Shown here piece by piece: positions 13,476 to 26,427 of a stretch of DNA of 64,000 bases. Positions within the stretch are counted from its first letter, which is position 1. The number at the start of each line of letters is the position of its first letter. Where the stretch lies: assembly GCF_009914755.1 (NCBI RefSeq), contig NC_060947.1; one strand, given 5' to 3'. A program made the position numbers and the translations under genes. Below the pieces are notes generated by a model. It was not told the DNA's origin, made no database searches, and was given only the letters and a program-made list of their open reading frames with translations. The DNA is from the human T2T-CHM13v2.0 reference genome, Homo sapiens.

Positions 13476-15037
13476 AACTTCTACCTGGTGTGAGCAATTT
13501 TCTTTCATTAGGGAGAAGGAGCGAGGAAGGTACCAAACAGCAGCAGACTTTTGAACTTGAGACAGTTTTGGCTGCTTGAACTTAACTTTTTTCATTTTAC
13601 TTAGTCCCCCAATGAGTGCAATCATTTGGCATGCCTACTTCACTTTTTTTAAGTGAACTAACAGCGAACAGGCAACGTTGGTGACTGGAGTGCCTCAGGC
13701 ACCTCCTAGAGAAGGTTCAAGCTTAGTCCCCAGCTGGAGGTAAGGTGTGGTTCTCAGTCCTTTTCATTTCCCCAATCCTGCTCCTGAGTACTGCAGTTGA
13801 GTCAGCCTGGGATAATGAGCAGTTTGCCTTTCATTGAACACTCAACAGCCTGGTTGTGAAAATGTCTGCTATGACCAGTCTTTGCCAATCTCCCATGTAT
13901 GCTTCTGGGTTCTGCAGATAATACTTGTGTCTCTTCCCCCACTCTTGTACCTGACACACATGTTCTACGTGATGTGAAAAGAAGAGAAGTTGAACAGGCA
14001 ATTGGGAGAACTCGAAGTTGCCCAAATTGATGATGTCAGTGTGGAGATGCACTTGCAGGGAATTGAAATAAAGAAGTTCAAGTGTGGCCTTGAGAAACAT
14101 GGAAGGGTGAGAATCCCAGGGAGCTTGCTGCGAACGTGTACCATTGGTGTCATCTTCAGGCCTCTGTTTGAGGTGGCCTTCCTGATGATCCCGTGGTCTG
14201 TCTATGGATTCAGCCTAAGTGTGGTTTACACTTGCAAACGAGATCTTTCCCCACATTAAGTGGACTGCTTACTCTCTCGCCCCCGGAGAAAAGCACCTTC
14301 ATCATCTTCATGCTGGTGGTGTCCTTGGTGTCTCTTGCCTTGAACATCATTGCGTTATTCAGTGTCTCATTTAAGAGCATTTAAGGATCATGTGAAGGAT
14401 CAGGAGAGTGATACACCTGGCCTGCAGAGTCCCTCCAATGGCTCCATATCAACTCTTCCTCTCTCCACCATGTCCCCTCCTGGGGACAAGCTAGTTCCTG
14501 GAGAAAGAAACAATTCCTCTTGCTGTAGGCACAACAAGGAAGTGAGCAAAAACCCTTCTAGTTACAGTGCATAGCAAGATTGAATGGAGCAGGCAGGAAG
14601 TACCCCCTCTGACTCCCAGTCTTTTGATTTCCCTGCTGATAAACAGAGTTCTTAAACAAAAGCAAAAACCTAGCTACTGGGCACTAGCCATGGTAGGCCA
14701 GCAGCCATCCTGCAGAGCCAGTAGTCATGCCAGCAGCAGCCTGATGACCTAGAGATCAAGATGCATACTTGGAAGCATTATGATTCTGCTTGATTGTTTA
14801 AGAGAAGGAAGTCGCAGTAGAAAGCGCACCTTTGCCCCAGTGGAGGTGGTACTCAAAAACCTCAGTCGTGAGACTTAGCAGACACAAAGACATTAGACTA
14901 CCAGGGTTCCTGTACAATGAGAAATGCTAATTTGCTTAATATTTGATAGTAAACTGCTGTCATTTTTAGCTTTATTGCATGCAATGTAGACCTAGTTCAT
15001 CATATTACAAGTTCTAGAGAGTATTATTTATTCAATA

Positions 15038-15073
<36 letters not shown>

Positions 15074-15366
15074 AGACGGAGTCCCACTCTGTTGCCCAGG
15101 CTGGAGTGCAGTGGCGTGATTTCCGCTTACTGCAACTTCTGCCTCCCGGTTCAAGTGATTCTCCTGCCTCAGCCTCCTGAGTGGCTGGGATTATAGACGT
15201 GCGCCACCACCCCTGGCTAATTTTTGTATTTTTGGTAGAGACGGGGTTTCACCATGCTGGCCAGGCTGGTCTCGAACTTTTGACCTCAGGTGATCTGCCT
15301 GCCTCAGCCTCCCAAAGTGCTGGGATTACAGGCGTGAGCCACCGTGCCTGGCCTCAATAAAGTTTT
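13476..15366 (+). pseudogene. GJA6P: Processed, disabled connexin 43 (GJA1)-derived retrocopy, most likely GJA6P; CDS remnant 13677-14760
   Basis: Colinear with recalled GJA1 mRNA: 5' UTR (ttttctttcattaggg..taccaaacagcagc), GDWS.., [40 protein letters not shown]-terminal PDDLEI, and 3' UTR ends. Disablements: ATG>GTT (13677), stops TAG 13724, TGA 13975 and TAA 14257, several 1-nt frameshifts, stop codon TAG>AAG (14758). The symbol is from recalled knowledge that GJA6P maps to Xp22.13. Confidence 0.9.
15042..15353 (-). mobile_element. AluSx inserted at the retrocopy poly(A) signal
   Basis: Flanks tcaatacaggtttt and tcaataaagtttt form an imperfect TSD. Confidence 0.92.
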
Positions 15367-18300
15367 AAGAAAGCAACCTGTGTGTCTCCCTCCTGAGAGC
15401 TTCTGGCTGCACCGATCTTTCCTAGACTTTTAAACTCTTCATTGGCACATCTTCATTTAAGCAAAATAGGCTAGAATCAGAATTTTAGAAATGAAATTGC
15501 AGTGACTACATTACAGAAAGTTTTAGTATTAACATTTTTAATTATATGTAGCAGGATCACACATATACCCATTACTTTCAAATGTGCCAAAAATGTAGCT
15601 TTTTTTTTTTTTTTTAACTGTTGTACTTTTCATCAGAAGCTTCTTCCCACCACAGGGCGCTGGAGGGAAGGAGAAGACACAGACAACTTAAACATTAAAC
15701 CTGCCCATCCAGCATCTTGCTGTGACAGTTTAAACAGTCTCATTTGGAAAACTCAGTCTCTTGGCTAAATTTCCTTCTCATAAACCCTTTTATGAGCATG
15801 AGGAATAATCACAGTTATTTACTAATGAAATGTGTGTGCCTATTGGATACTACAAAACTCCTGAAACTTTTGAATCAGATTGGACGCTGCTGTCCTCACT
15901 TCCTGTTTCACATTCATTTTCACATATATCTTGCTTTTTTTCCCTTGAACTTTTAATCTTGAGATAATTATAGTTCACATGTAGGTATAAGAAATAATAG
16001 ATTCCTTATATCCTTTGACCAGTTTTTCCCATTAGTAACATCTTGCATAATTACAGTATAGTATCGTAACTAGAAAATGGACATTGATGTATTTCCATTG
16101 ACCTTATTCAGATTTCACCAATTTTATCTGCACTCCTGTGTGTGTATGTTTAGTTATGTGTAATGGCATCACTTGTGTAGATTCACATGTCCACCACAGT
16201 CAAGCTACAGAACGGTTTTATCACAGGGATCCCTTGTGCTGCCTTTTTATAGCCACAGCCACACTCTTGCCTTCCCCTCTTTCTATCCCCTGTCAACCAC
16301 TAATGTGTACTTCATCTCTATAATTTTGTCATTTCAAGAATGCTATTTTAGTGGAATGATACAATATTTAACCCTTTGAGACTGGCTTTATTCACTCAGC
16401 ACAACTCCCTTGAGATTCACCCAAGTTTTTTGTGTGAACCAATAGTTTGCTCTTTTTTATTGCTCTTTTTTAGTATGCTGTAGTATAGAGGTGCCAGAGT
16501 TTGTTTACCTTTTGAAGGATCTTTAGATCATTTCCAGTTTTCATTTCCCTGTGTTAGGTGCTCAAGAGTGCAGTTGCTGGGTTGTATGGTATGTGAATGT
16601 AATGCTTTGTAAGAAACTGGTGTATACTTTTCCAGACTGGCTGTACAATTTTACCTTCCCATCAGCAATGTGTGAGGAATCTAGTTTCTTCACATGCTTA
16701 CCGGCATTTTGTATTATCACTATTATTATTTTTATGTTAGCCATTCTAATAGTTGTGTAGGTGATCCCATTGTAGTTTAAATTTGTATTTCTCTAATGGC
16801 TAAAAATGTTGAACACCGTTCCTGTGCTTATTTGGCATCTGTCTATTTTCTTCAGTGAAGTACCCGTGCCATTTTTCCAATTTTGAATTGGATTGTTTTA
16901 TTATTGTTGAGTTTAAGTTCTTTATATATTCTGGATTTAAATCTTTTGTTCTATATGTTTGAAAATATTTTCTCCCAGATTATAGCTTGCTTTTTCATTC
17001 TCTTAACAATGTCTTTCATGGACCAAAAATTTTAATTTTGTTAAGGTCATTTATCAATTTTTTTTTTCCTATGGACTGTGCTTTTGGTGTCAAATCTGAG
17101 AAATCTGCCTGGCCCTAGATCCTAAAGATTTTCTCCTTTGGTTGTTTCTAAAAGTTTTATAAGCTTACATTTTACATTTAAGTCCATGATCTATTTTGTC
17201 AATTTTTGTACAAGGTGTGAGATAAAGGCCAAAGTTCTTTTTTCTTCTCCCTTATGGATGTCTAGTTGCTCCAGCACCATTCATTGAAAAGTCTATTCTC
17301 CCTCCATTGAGTTCCTTTTGCAGTGAAAAATCAGTTGGGCAGATTTGTGCATCTCTAATTCTGGATTCTCTGTCCCTCTTCTAGTTTCTAGATGAGACTG
17401 TATAAGATTGCTGTTAATTCTTCCTTAAGTGTTAAAATTCTCCAGCAAACCTATTTGAGCTTGCAGATTTCTTTTATTGGAAACTTGATAATTATAATTA
17501 CATATTCAATTTCTTTAATAATTACATGACTCTTAAAGTTGTTTATTTCATCTTGGTTAACTTTTGGTAGTTTGATTTTCAAGGAAATTGGTCCATTTCT
17601 TCTAAGTTGTCAAATGTAAGAGTGTAAAGTTTGTAGTGTTCCTTTATTTATTTTTAATGACTGCAGGATCTGTAGAGATCTTCCTTGTTTTGTTCCTGAT
17701 ACTGATGATTTTTGTCTTCTTTCTTTTTATCTTTACCAGTCTTGCTAGAAGTTTATCAATATTAATTGTTCTTTTTGTGGAATCAGCCTTTTGCCTCATT
17801 GATTTTCTGTTTTCAATTTCATTTATTTCTGCTTTTATCATGATTATTTCCTTCTTGCTTTGGGTTTATTTTCTTTTTCTAGTCTTGAGAGAAGAATTTA
17901 TCTTACTGATTTGTAACCTTCTCTCTTTTTAAAAAATGTATACATTGAATACTATAAATTTCCCTCTCAATACTGCTTAAGCTGCATCCCACATATTTTG
18001 ATACATGTTGTATTTTCATTTTCATCAAGTTCTATGAAATTAGAATTTCCTTTGAGACTACTTCTTTGACCCATGGATTATTTAGAAATGTTAGGTTTCA
18101 TTTCTAACTATTTGGAGATTTTCCTGTTTTCTTTCTCTTACTGATATTTAATCGGATTCCATTGTGGTCAGAGAAAATACTCTGTATGATTTCAGCTCTT
18201 TAAAATTTGTTAAGGTTTGTTTTGTGGCCCAAGATGTGTTCTGTCTTGGTGAATATTTTATGGGCTCTTGAAAGAAACATGTATTCTGCTGCTGTTGGGT

Positions 18301-18764
18301 ATAGTATTTTATATATGACAATGAGACCCTGTTGGGTTTCATTTTCTTATTTTTTTGTCTTCAGGAAGTTTTAGGATTCCATCTTATTTATACAGTTCAT
18401 TAGTATATCAGTTTGTATTGTGTTCTTAGTTACTGATCTAGGTATTAAAATATACATTTGTATTTACCACAATCTATTATCAGTGTTTTACCACTCAAGT
18501 GAAGTGTAGAAATCTTACTCTCCTTTAGACCCTTTTGCCCTCCCCACTTAAAAAATATATATGTCTTAAGTATTTCTTCTACGTACATTGAGCACCACAT
18601 CAGATGATGTTATAATTTATAATTTTTGTCTCAACCATCAAATCTGATTTATGAAACTCATGAGCAAAAGGATAGTCTTATATTCCCCACCTTTTATTTT
18701 TGTAGCCTGTTCTAATATTTTTTTCTTAAATTCCAAGCTTCTTTGGTTATCTTTTACTTTCTTG

Positions 18765-19130
<366 letters not shown>

Positions 19131-19236
19131 TAAGGGTAAGTTTGCTAGCTACTTCTCTTTGTTTTCCTTCATCTGCGATTGTCTTTATTTCTCTTTCATT
19201 CCTGAATGGTATTTTTGCTTGATACAGGATTTCTGA

Positions 19237-19594
<358 letters not shown>

Positions 19595-20122
19595 GACAGT
19601 TCTTTTATTTAGTGCTTGAAAATTGTGCTGTTTCCTTTTAGCCTCTGTGGTTACTGATGAGAATACACTGTCATTCAAATTGTTTTTCTCCTATAGGTAA
19701 GGTGCTGTTTTTTTGTTTTTTAGTTTTCAAAAGTTTCACTATGATGTGTCTTGGCTGGAATTACTTTGGGTTTATCTTGTTTGGAGTTTGCTTAGCTGCA
19801 TGAATCTGTAGGTTATGTCTTTTGCTAAATTTGGAACTTTTCCGTTGTGATTTCTTTGAATGTATTTTCAGCTCTACTCTGTTTGTCCCATCCTTCTGAA
19901 CCTCCAGTGACATGAATATTAGGTCTTTTGTTATAGTGCCACATGTCTCTGAGTCTCTGTTCATTTTTCCCCCATCTGTTTCTTTTCTGTTGTTAAGATT
20001 GGATTATTTCTATTCTGTCTCTAAGTTCACAGATTCTTTCCTCTGTTTTCTCCATTCTGTTGTTTAGTCCATTCACTGAGTTTTAAATTTCAGTTATTTG
20101 CTTTATTTTTCAATTCATAAGG

Positions 20123-20427
20123 TTTTTTTGTTGTTGTTGTTCGTTTTTGTTTTTTTGAGACAGGGTGTCACTCTATCACCCAGGCTGGAGTGCAGTTGCA
20201 CAGTCATTGCTCACTGCAGCCTTCACCTCCCTAGGCTCAGGTGATCCTCCACCTCAGCCTCCCAAGTAGTTGGGACCACAGACGCGCCCAGCTAATTTTT
20301 GTTTATTTTGTAGAGACAGGTTTCACCATGTTGCCCAGGCTCGTCTCCAACTCCTGGACTTAAGCAGTCCTCCTGTCTTGCCTTCCCAAAGTGCTGGGAT
20401 AACAGGTGTGAACCACCATGCCTGGCC
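20123..20427 (-). mobile_element. AluJ
   Basis: J-type body (cactgcagccttcacctccctaggctcaggtgatcc). Confidence 0.88.
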
Positions 20428-23019
20428 TAAAGTTTTTTTTTTGTATCTTCTATTAATTTGTTGAGAGTTCCTATATTTTCTTATTTGGTTCAAGTATGCT
20501 TGTAATTACTCTAAAGTATTTGTATGATGGCAGCTTGGAAATTTTTTCTGTGATGATTCTAACATCTCTACAGTCTTCGCTGGCACCTGTTAGTCTTTTT
20601 TGCATGTTGAGATTTCCCTACTTTTTAGTATGATGAATAATTTTCTACTGAAACCTGGACATTTTGGATGTTATGTCATTAGAATCTGGATCTTATTTAA
20701 TCTCCTGTTTTTCTTGGCCTTCTTTGACACCCCTTCTGGAAAGGAGGGGAATGGAAGTTGAGTTTTCTAATTCCACCTCCATTGACACCCACTGAGAGGG
20801 GCTCCTTGCTGCTGCTTTGTTGGGTGGGAATTCCAGCTCCCTAGGCCTTTGCTGACCACTGTGGCTGGAGGGCCAGGAGTATCTTGTGACCACTCCCCAC
20901 GTTGGCCTCCACTGACACCAGCCTGGCGGGGGATTAGACATGTTCTCTTCGCAGCATTTGCTGGCATGGGTAGGGCCCCAGTTTTCACTGTTTTGTGGCT
21001 GGGGTAGAGTAGTTATTGTCTAAGGTCTTTTGTCCTGCTAGGCTGTTCTTTTCCTGGTCCTTTAGCTGGAGAAGAGAAGGCTTTTGTTGGGGCTCTTTGT
21101 CTGTGCCCATGGGCTCTTCTGGGTTCTTTATTGAAGTATTTTTATTAGGGTTGCTTTAAAATCTCTGTCAGATAATTCCAGCACCTGCTTCATCTCAGTG
21201 TTAATGTCTCTTAATTGTCTTCTTTCATTCATTCAGGTTGTGATTTTCATGGTTCCTAATATGATGATTTTTTTTTTTTTTTGTATCCTGGTCATTTTGG
21301 ATATTGCAAGACTCTGGATCCTATTTAATGTGTGTTTTAGCAGGTAGCCACCCAGTTGAGGTATAGGATAAGGGCAAATGTGTATATTCAATTTCCCTCT
21401 TGGTCCCATTGATACCACCTCCGCAAAAGCTCCACTTTTACTCACGCTGCCTCATTGTAGATGGGTGAGGTGGATGTTCAGCTCCTCATTTGGCCCCACC
21501 AACACCTCCCCAGTGAAATCGGATCTCAGATTTGCACCTGCCTTATTGCCTCTGCTACATCTTGCAGACGCTACCCTGGCCGGGGAGTCAGAGGTGCTAC
21601 GGCCTGATGGGCAATGAAAGATTAGCTCCTTGGTCAGCCTCACTGATCTCATCAGGCAGGGAATTCTAACAGTGCCGCCTGCTTTCTCGGGATGTGTATG
21701 TGTAAAAGAGTGTTTTCCTACTTGGGCCTGCTGAAACCTCAGTGGGGTGGTGCTGCAGTTTTTCCATTGCTGCAGTTTTTCCATTTTCTTTTTGGCAGTA
21801 CCCTCCCTGTTGCCTGGAATAGGGAGGGTATTGCCAGAAAGATTTTCAGTTGTTAGCCTACCCTTTTCCTGGTCTTTTGGCTGAAAGAACAGGTTTTTCT
21901 TGGAGCTATTTTTTTTTTATTTGTCTATCGGTGCCAGGTTGAAGGCTTTTGAAGCACCTTATTGGGCATATATGGGAGACAATAAGGAAACCCAGGAACT
22001 TGCCTCTCAAGTGCCGAAGTCCCTATGCAGTGTGCCATCTTCTTTCCATCTTGGCTTCCTATGTACGTTTTTGTGTCACGGTCAAGGATTTTTAGTCTTA
22101 AGGAAGAGGACCTGGAAGGAGTGGGGCTGCTCCATCTTGACCAGAATGAGAAGTCTGTGTGTGCATGTGTTTAATATATAATGAAAATTCTAAAATCTGT
22201 TAACACCGTTTTGTATAATAGTAACATATTTTAATATTTAAAGAATAAACAATAATTTATTCTTCAAATATACTATGTATCAGGCACAGTGATTGACCCT
22301 TGGGTCTGCAGATAGGACTGAGACATAATCCTTACTTTCAAATAGCTGATAGTTTTGTAGAGTTCAAAGACCTGTGGAATCAATTTTAATTTGCCCCATT
22401 ATACTCAGATGGAAACCACTCACAATTCTTTTAGAAATAAAAACAGAATCTAGCTTCATACTACCTGGCTGGTAGTATTGTGGGAGTTTCCTCCCCTCTC
22501 ATTGGTTGAGATAAGCCTCCTTTGGTTTATGAGGTACTAGGCAAATGAGGAAGTGGTCTAGTGCTTAGTGCCTTGTTGTTACTCTGGTTACAATTAAACC
22601 CTTTGCCAGGAGCTGCCATCCAGTGGGTAGTGCTTCCCTGGCCCCAACTCTCCAGGCTATGGTGCTTAGTAATCAGACAGGTGGAATCTCCGCAAGTACC
22701 ACAACTGTCAGAAGTCCTGAACACCCCTCTCTGCCTCATGCAGAAGCTGTGGTCCCATGATCCTCCCACTCCTGGAGGAACCTTAACTCTATTGGATGGG
22801 AAGTTCAGCTCTACTGCCTTTGTGAGTCTGGGCTTTATAATCATAAGGGCTGTTAGTTCTCTCCATGGGCAGGAGAAACTAGATCTCAGGGATACAACCC
22901 CATGATCTCTGAGTTCCTTTGGAAATTTGGTTTTGATGATTTGGGAATGCCCAAAAGTAGAACATTTCTGAACTTTCTCCTTGATGGTAGTGGGTGATAA
23001 TGGTGATACTGTTTTTTTA

Positions 23020-23225
23020 ACTCATGTGTGTTCTAAGCATTTTACTTGTATCTTCTCATTTAATCCTAATAGCAACCTCAGGAATAAGTGATATTATTAT
23101 ATCTGATTTTCTCCGGAGGAAATTGAGGCACAGAGAAGTTAAGGAACTTCCCTAAGGCCACTCAGGTAGTAGGTGGTAGAGCCAGGATTCAAATGCAGGC
23201 AGTCTAGCTCAGAGCTGAAGTTCTT
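23020..23225 (+). mobile_element. MIR
   Basis: ctcatttaatcc...gaggaaattgaggcacagagaagttaagg MIR core. Confidence 0.8.
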
Positions 23226-23553
23226 CTTACCCTTCTTTCAGCGACGTGACAACCTTTGAGTTTTACTTTGCTTTTCTATTATTTGCTTGAAATTAAGATT
23301 GATGTATCTAAAATAAGTGTTCTAGGCTTCTAAAAAGTGTCACACAATTAAATGTTACTAAAGTACGTTTCTAATTAGAAAAGTTTTTGTTTTCTTTCTT
23401 ATTAAACCACATAGATTTGGCAAGAAGAGTATAAAAAATAACCAGTAATAGGTTACATTTACAACTGTTTGGAGTATAGTCCTTTAATAATCAGATTTTT
23501 TTGTTCGTTTTTGTAAGTAGGAAACAATGATTTTGTTAGAAATCTCTGCTTTT

Positions 23554-23874
23554 GGCCAAGTGCAGTGGCTCACACCTGTAATCCCAGCACTGTGGGAGGC
23601 CAAGGCGGGAGGATTGCTTGAGCCTATGAGTTAGAGACCAGCCTGGTCAACATAGGGAGACCCTGTCTCTACAAACAGTACAAAAATTAGCCTTGTGTGG
23701 TGGCACACAGATAGTAGCCTGTAGTCCCAGCTACTCAGAGGATAAGGTGGGAGGATCACCTGAGCCTGGGGATGTCGAGGCTGCAGTGAGCCATGATCGA
23801 GCCACTGCACTCCCGCCTGGGTGACAGAGTGCAACTCTGTCTCAAATAATAATAATAATAAAGAAAAATAAAAG
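23554..23874 (+). mobile_element. AluJ
   Basis: TSD gaaatctctgctttt at 23539-23553 and 23875-23889. Confidence 0.92.
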
Positions 23875-24859
23875 GAAATCTCTGCTTTTTTGTTTGGTTG
23901 CTTAGGGCTCAATAAAAAATTTAACCAGATTATTTCTGATTATGTATATCTATTATATATCACATTTTGTTATACATTTGTGATCATTTCTATTGTTTTT
24001 ACATGTCTTTGTGTTTAAATACAGGTAGTAGAATAACTAGAAGGATGTGACTCACACATCATTATGTAAATATTATCCATGCCAGTACATTTAAATTCTA
24101 TAGGGACTTAATTGTAAAGCAGTTATAATATAGCCGTGTTCCTCTGTTGAGAAAAGATTCATACTGCCCTTTACCTTGCTTTTTCAGTGAAAATGTTTAA
24201 GTTTTTTCGTTCATTTGAAATGTAGAATCAAAGTTTCATTTACATGCATATTCTATGTACTTGGTACTATAATCTTAGAGTTTGTTCTATTCTTTGTAAA
24301 CACAGAATGTGAATATAAATTTTCTGCCATGTTTTGTTAGGAATAATGTATCTCTCCATTAATTTGCATGTTTTCATACCATTGACTCTTAAATTTCCAT
24401 GAACACTAGCCCACAATGTGATTTATCTGAGGCAGATTTTTTTTCAAATTCATATTGATTTATCTTCCATGCCACTTGAATACATTTTGTTGATATAATA
24501 AGATTCTTTGCTAGTTCTAGCTCAAGAGAAACCACAGGAGTGAACTTTAGAACTTCCGATTAGTTCATTAAATAGACATTTGGTAACACACCTACTCTAG
24601 TGAGTCCTGTTGGTTGTTTGGGGTAAAGGGTGAGAAGGGCATGATCAGTGATTACAGAGTGACCACACTCCAGAAAGGAAAGGCTTATTATGGTGGCACA
24701 GAAATTGGGGTGTACTCTCTGCCCTGGAGGTATTCATGGCTGTCAGAGCATGAAAATGTAAAAAAACAGGTTATCCGTTTGAAAACTCAGGTGGTTGGTT
24801 CTTTTAACAAGATAATATTTGTTTTTACTTTCTGCCATGTTTAAGTTACATATCTTCTA

Positions 24860-25168
<309 letters not shown>

Positions 25169-25299
25169 CAAGTTACATATCTTCTTTCTTTGCCCAGCAT
25201 GTCCCTTGTCTCATTTCTTATTGGTCACTGTAAGTTTCATCAGAGGTATTTAGAACAGCTGAACTGCCTAACCCATCCATCACATCCTTTTGGTGGGGG

Positions 25300-25800
25300 C
25301 CTTTCTGCTAGGTCTCAGGGGCACAGAGTTAAGTGAGGTACCTACCCTCATGGATCTTAATCACCGTCTGGCTGGGAAGTGAGGCCGCATGGCAAAGCAT
25401 AGATTCCAGTGCAGTTGTGGTGAGTGGTTTGCTGGAGGTGTGAATAGGGTCTTGGGATCACGAAAAGAGGAGTACACAAAACAAGCTGGGGGGATCCTGC
25501 AGTGCTTCCTGCAGGAGGGTTTTGAAGGAGTAAAAGGAGTGAACTAGAAGTAGAAGGGCTGGCTTCTTGTCATTTCAGTAAAGCTAAAACATCACCTCCT
25601 TAGGTACTGCACCAGTACTCTATTGAATTGTCTGTTTTGTTACCATAATCTTGTTCTGTTATTTGTTTCCTTGTTATATGTCTCTTCCCTCCAGAATGTA
25701 ACTTCTTTGTATTCCCAGTGCCTGTTACATAGTAGGGGCTTGAAAAATGTTTATTGGTTGAATAAATGAATGAATGAATGAAGAATGAATGCTTGAGGCA
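25300..25800. mobile_element. L2 fragments
   Basis: ...ccagtgcctgttacatagtaggggcttgaaaaatgtttattggttgaataaatgaatgaatg is an L2 3' end. Confidence 0.6.
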
Positions 25801-26427
25801 GAGTGTGAGCAGATAAAAGCAAGTGTATGTGAAGGCTTAGTTGAGAAACTAACTGCAAATGATTAGGTGTGACATGAGCAAGGGAGCTTTTCCTTACAAA
25901 TTAGGAGGTAAAGCATGGAATTAGAATGTTATCCTGAAAGCCTCCAGGCTGCATGATATGTAATGCAGCATTCTTTTCCTGAATTCCTCTGATTAACAGC
26001 TGTGAATATTTTAAATTTTCATTATGTGCAAAACTGATGATCTTACTGAGGCCTTTTAGAGAATATTATTTAAAGAGGATTTTAACTAGAGTGCTTCAGT
26101 GATGTTCTTGACATCAAGTAACCAGACACAAACATTTTATTCAGGTTTACAGTGTTCTTTGGCTAATTCTCTTGAAACATTGAATTGCTTGAGACTTACG
26201 TGCCACTCTTGTTTCAAGACAACAGACAAAACTTTTGGTAGTTTTGTCTCTTCCTCCTTTTGCTTTAGTGCTCAAGGTGTGGTGTACATTGGTCATCAGG
26301 CCAATATGATGGTGATAAACAGTTCCTCTTCCAGGCCTGTGTGATAATACAGTTTAATTGAGCAGACTTTTAGTTACATACGTAAGATAAAATGCTAGAT
26401 ACTTGGATGTAAGACAAACTAGACACA

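Noticed and set aside
13677-14760. Possibility of a functional connexin gene or of GJA1P1
   Set aside because: Start codon lost, with multiple stops and frameshifts. It is far more diverged from GJA1 than the recent chr5 pseudogene GJA1P1, and the host gene is X-linked.
22527-22905. 114-aa + ORF with a signal-peptide-like start and an antisense 105-aa ORF
   Set aside because: GTG start, no recognisable domain or splice context; the region looks like a decayed LTR-type repeat.
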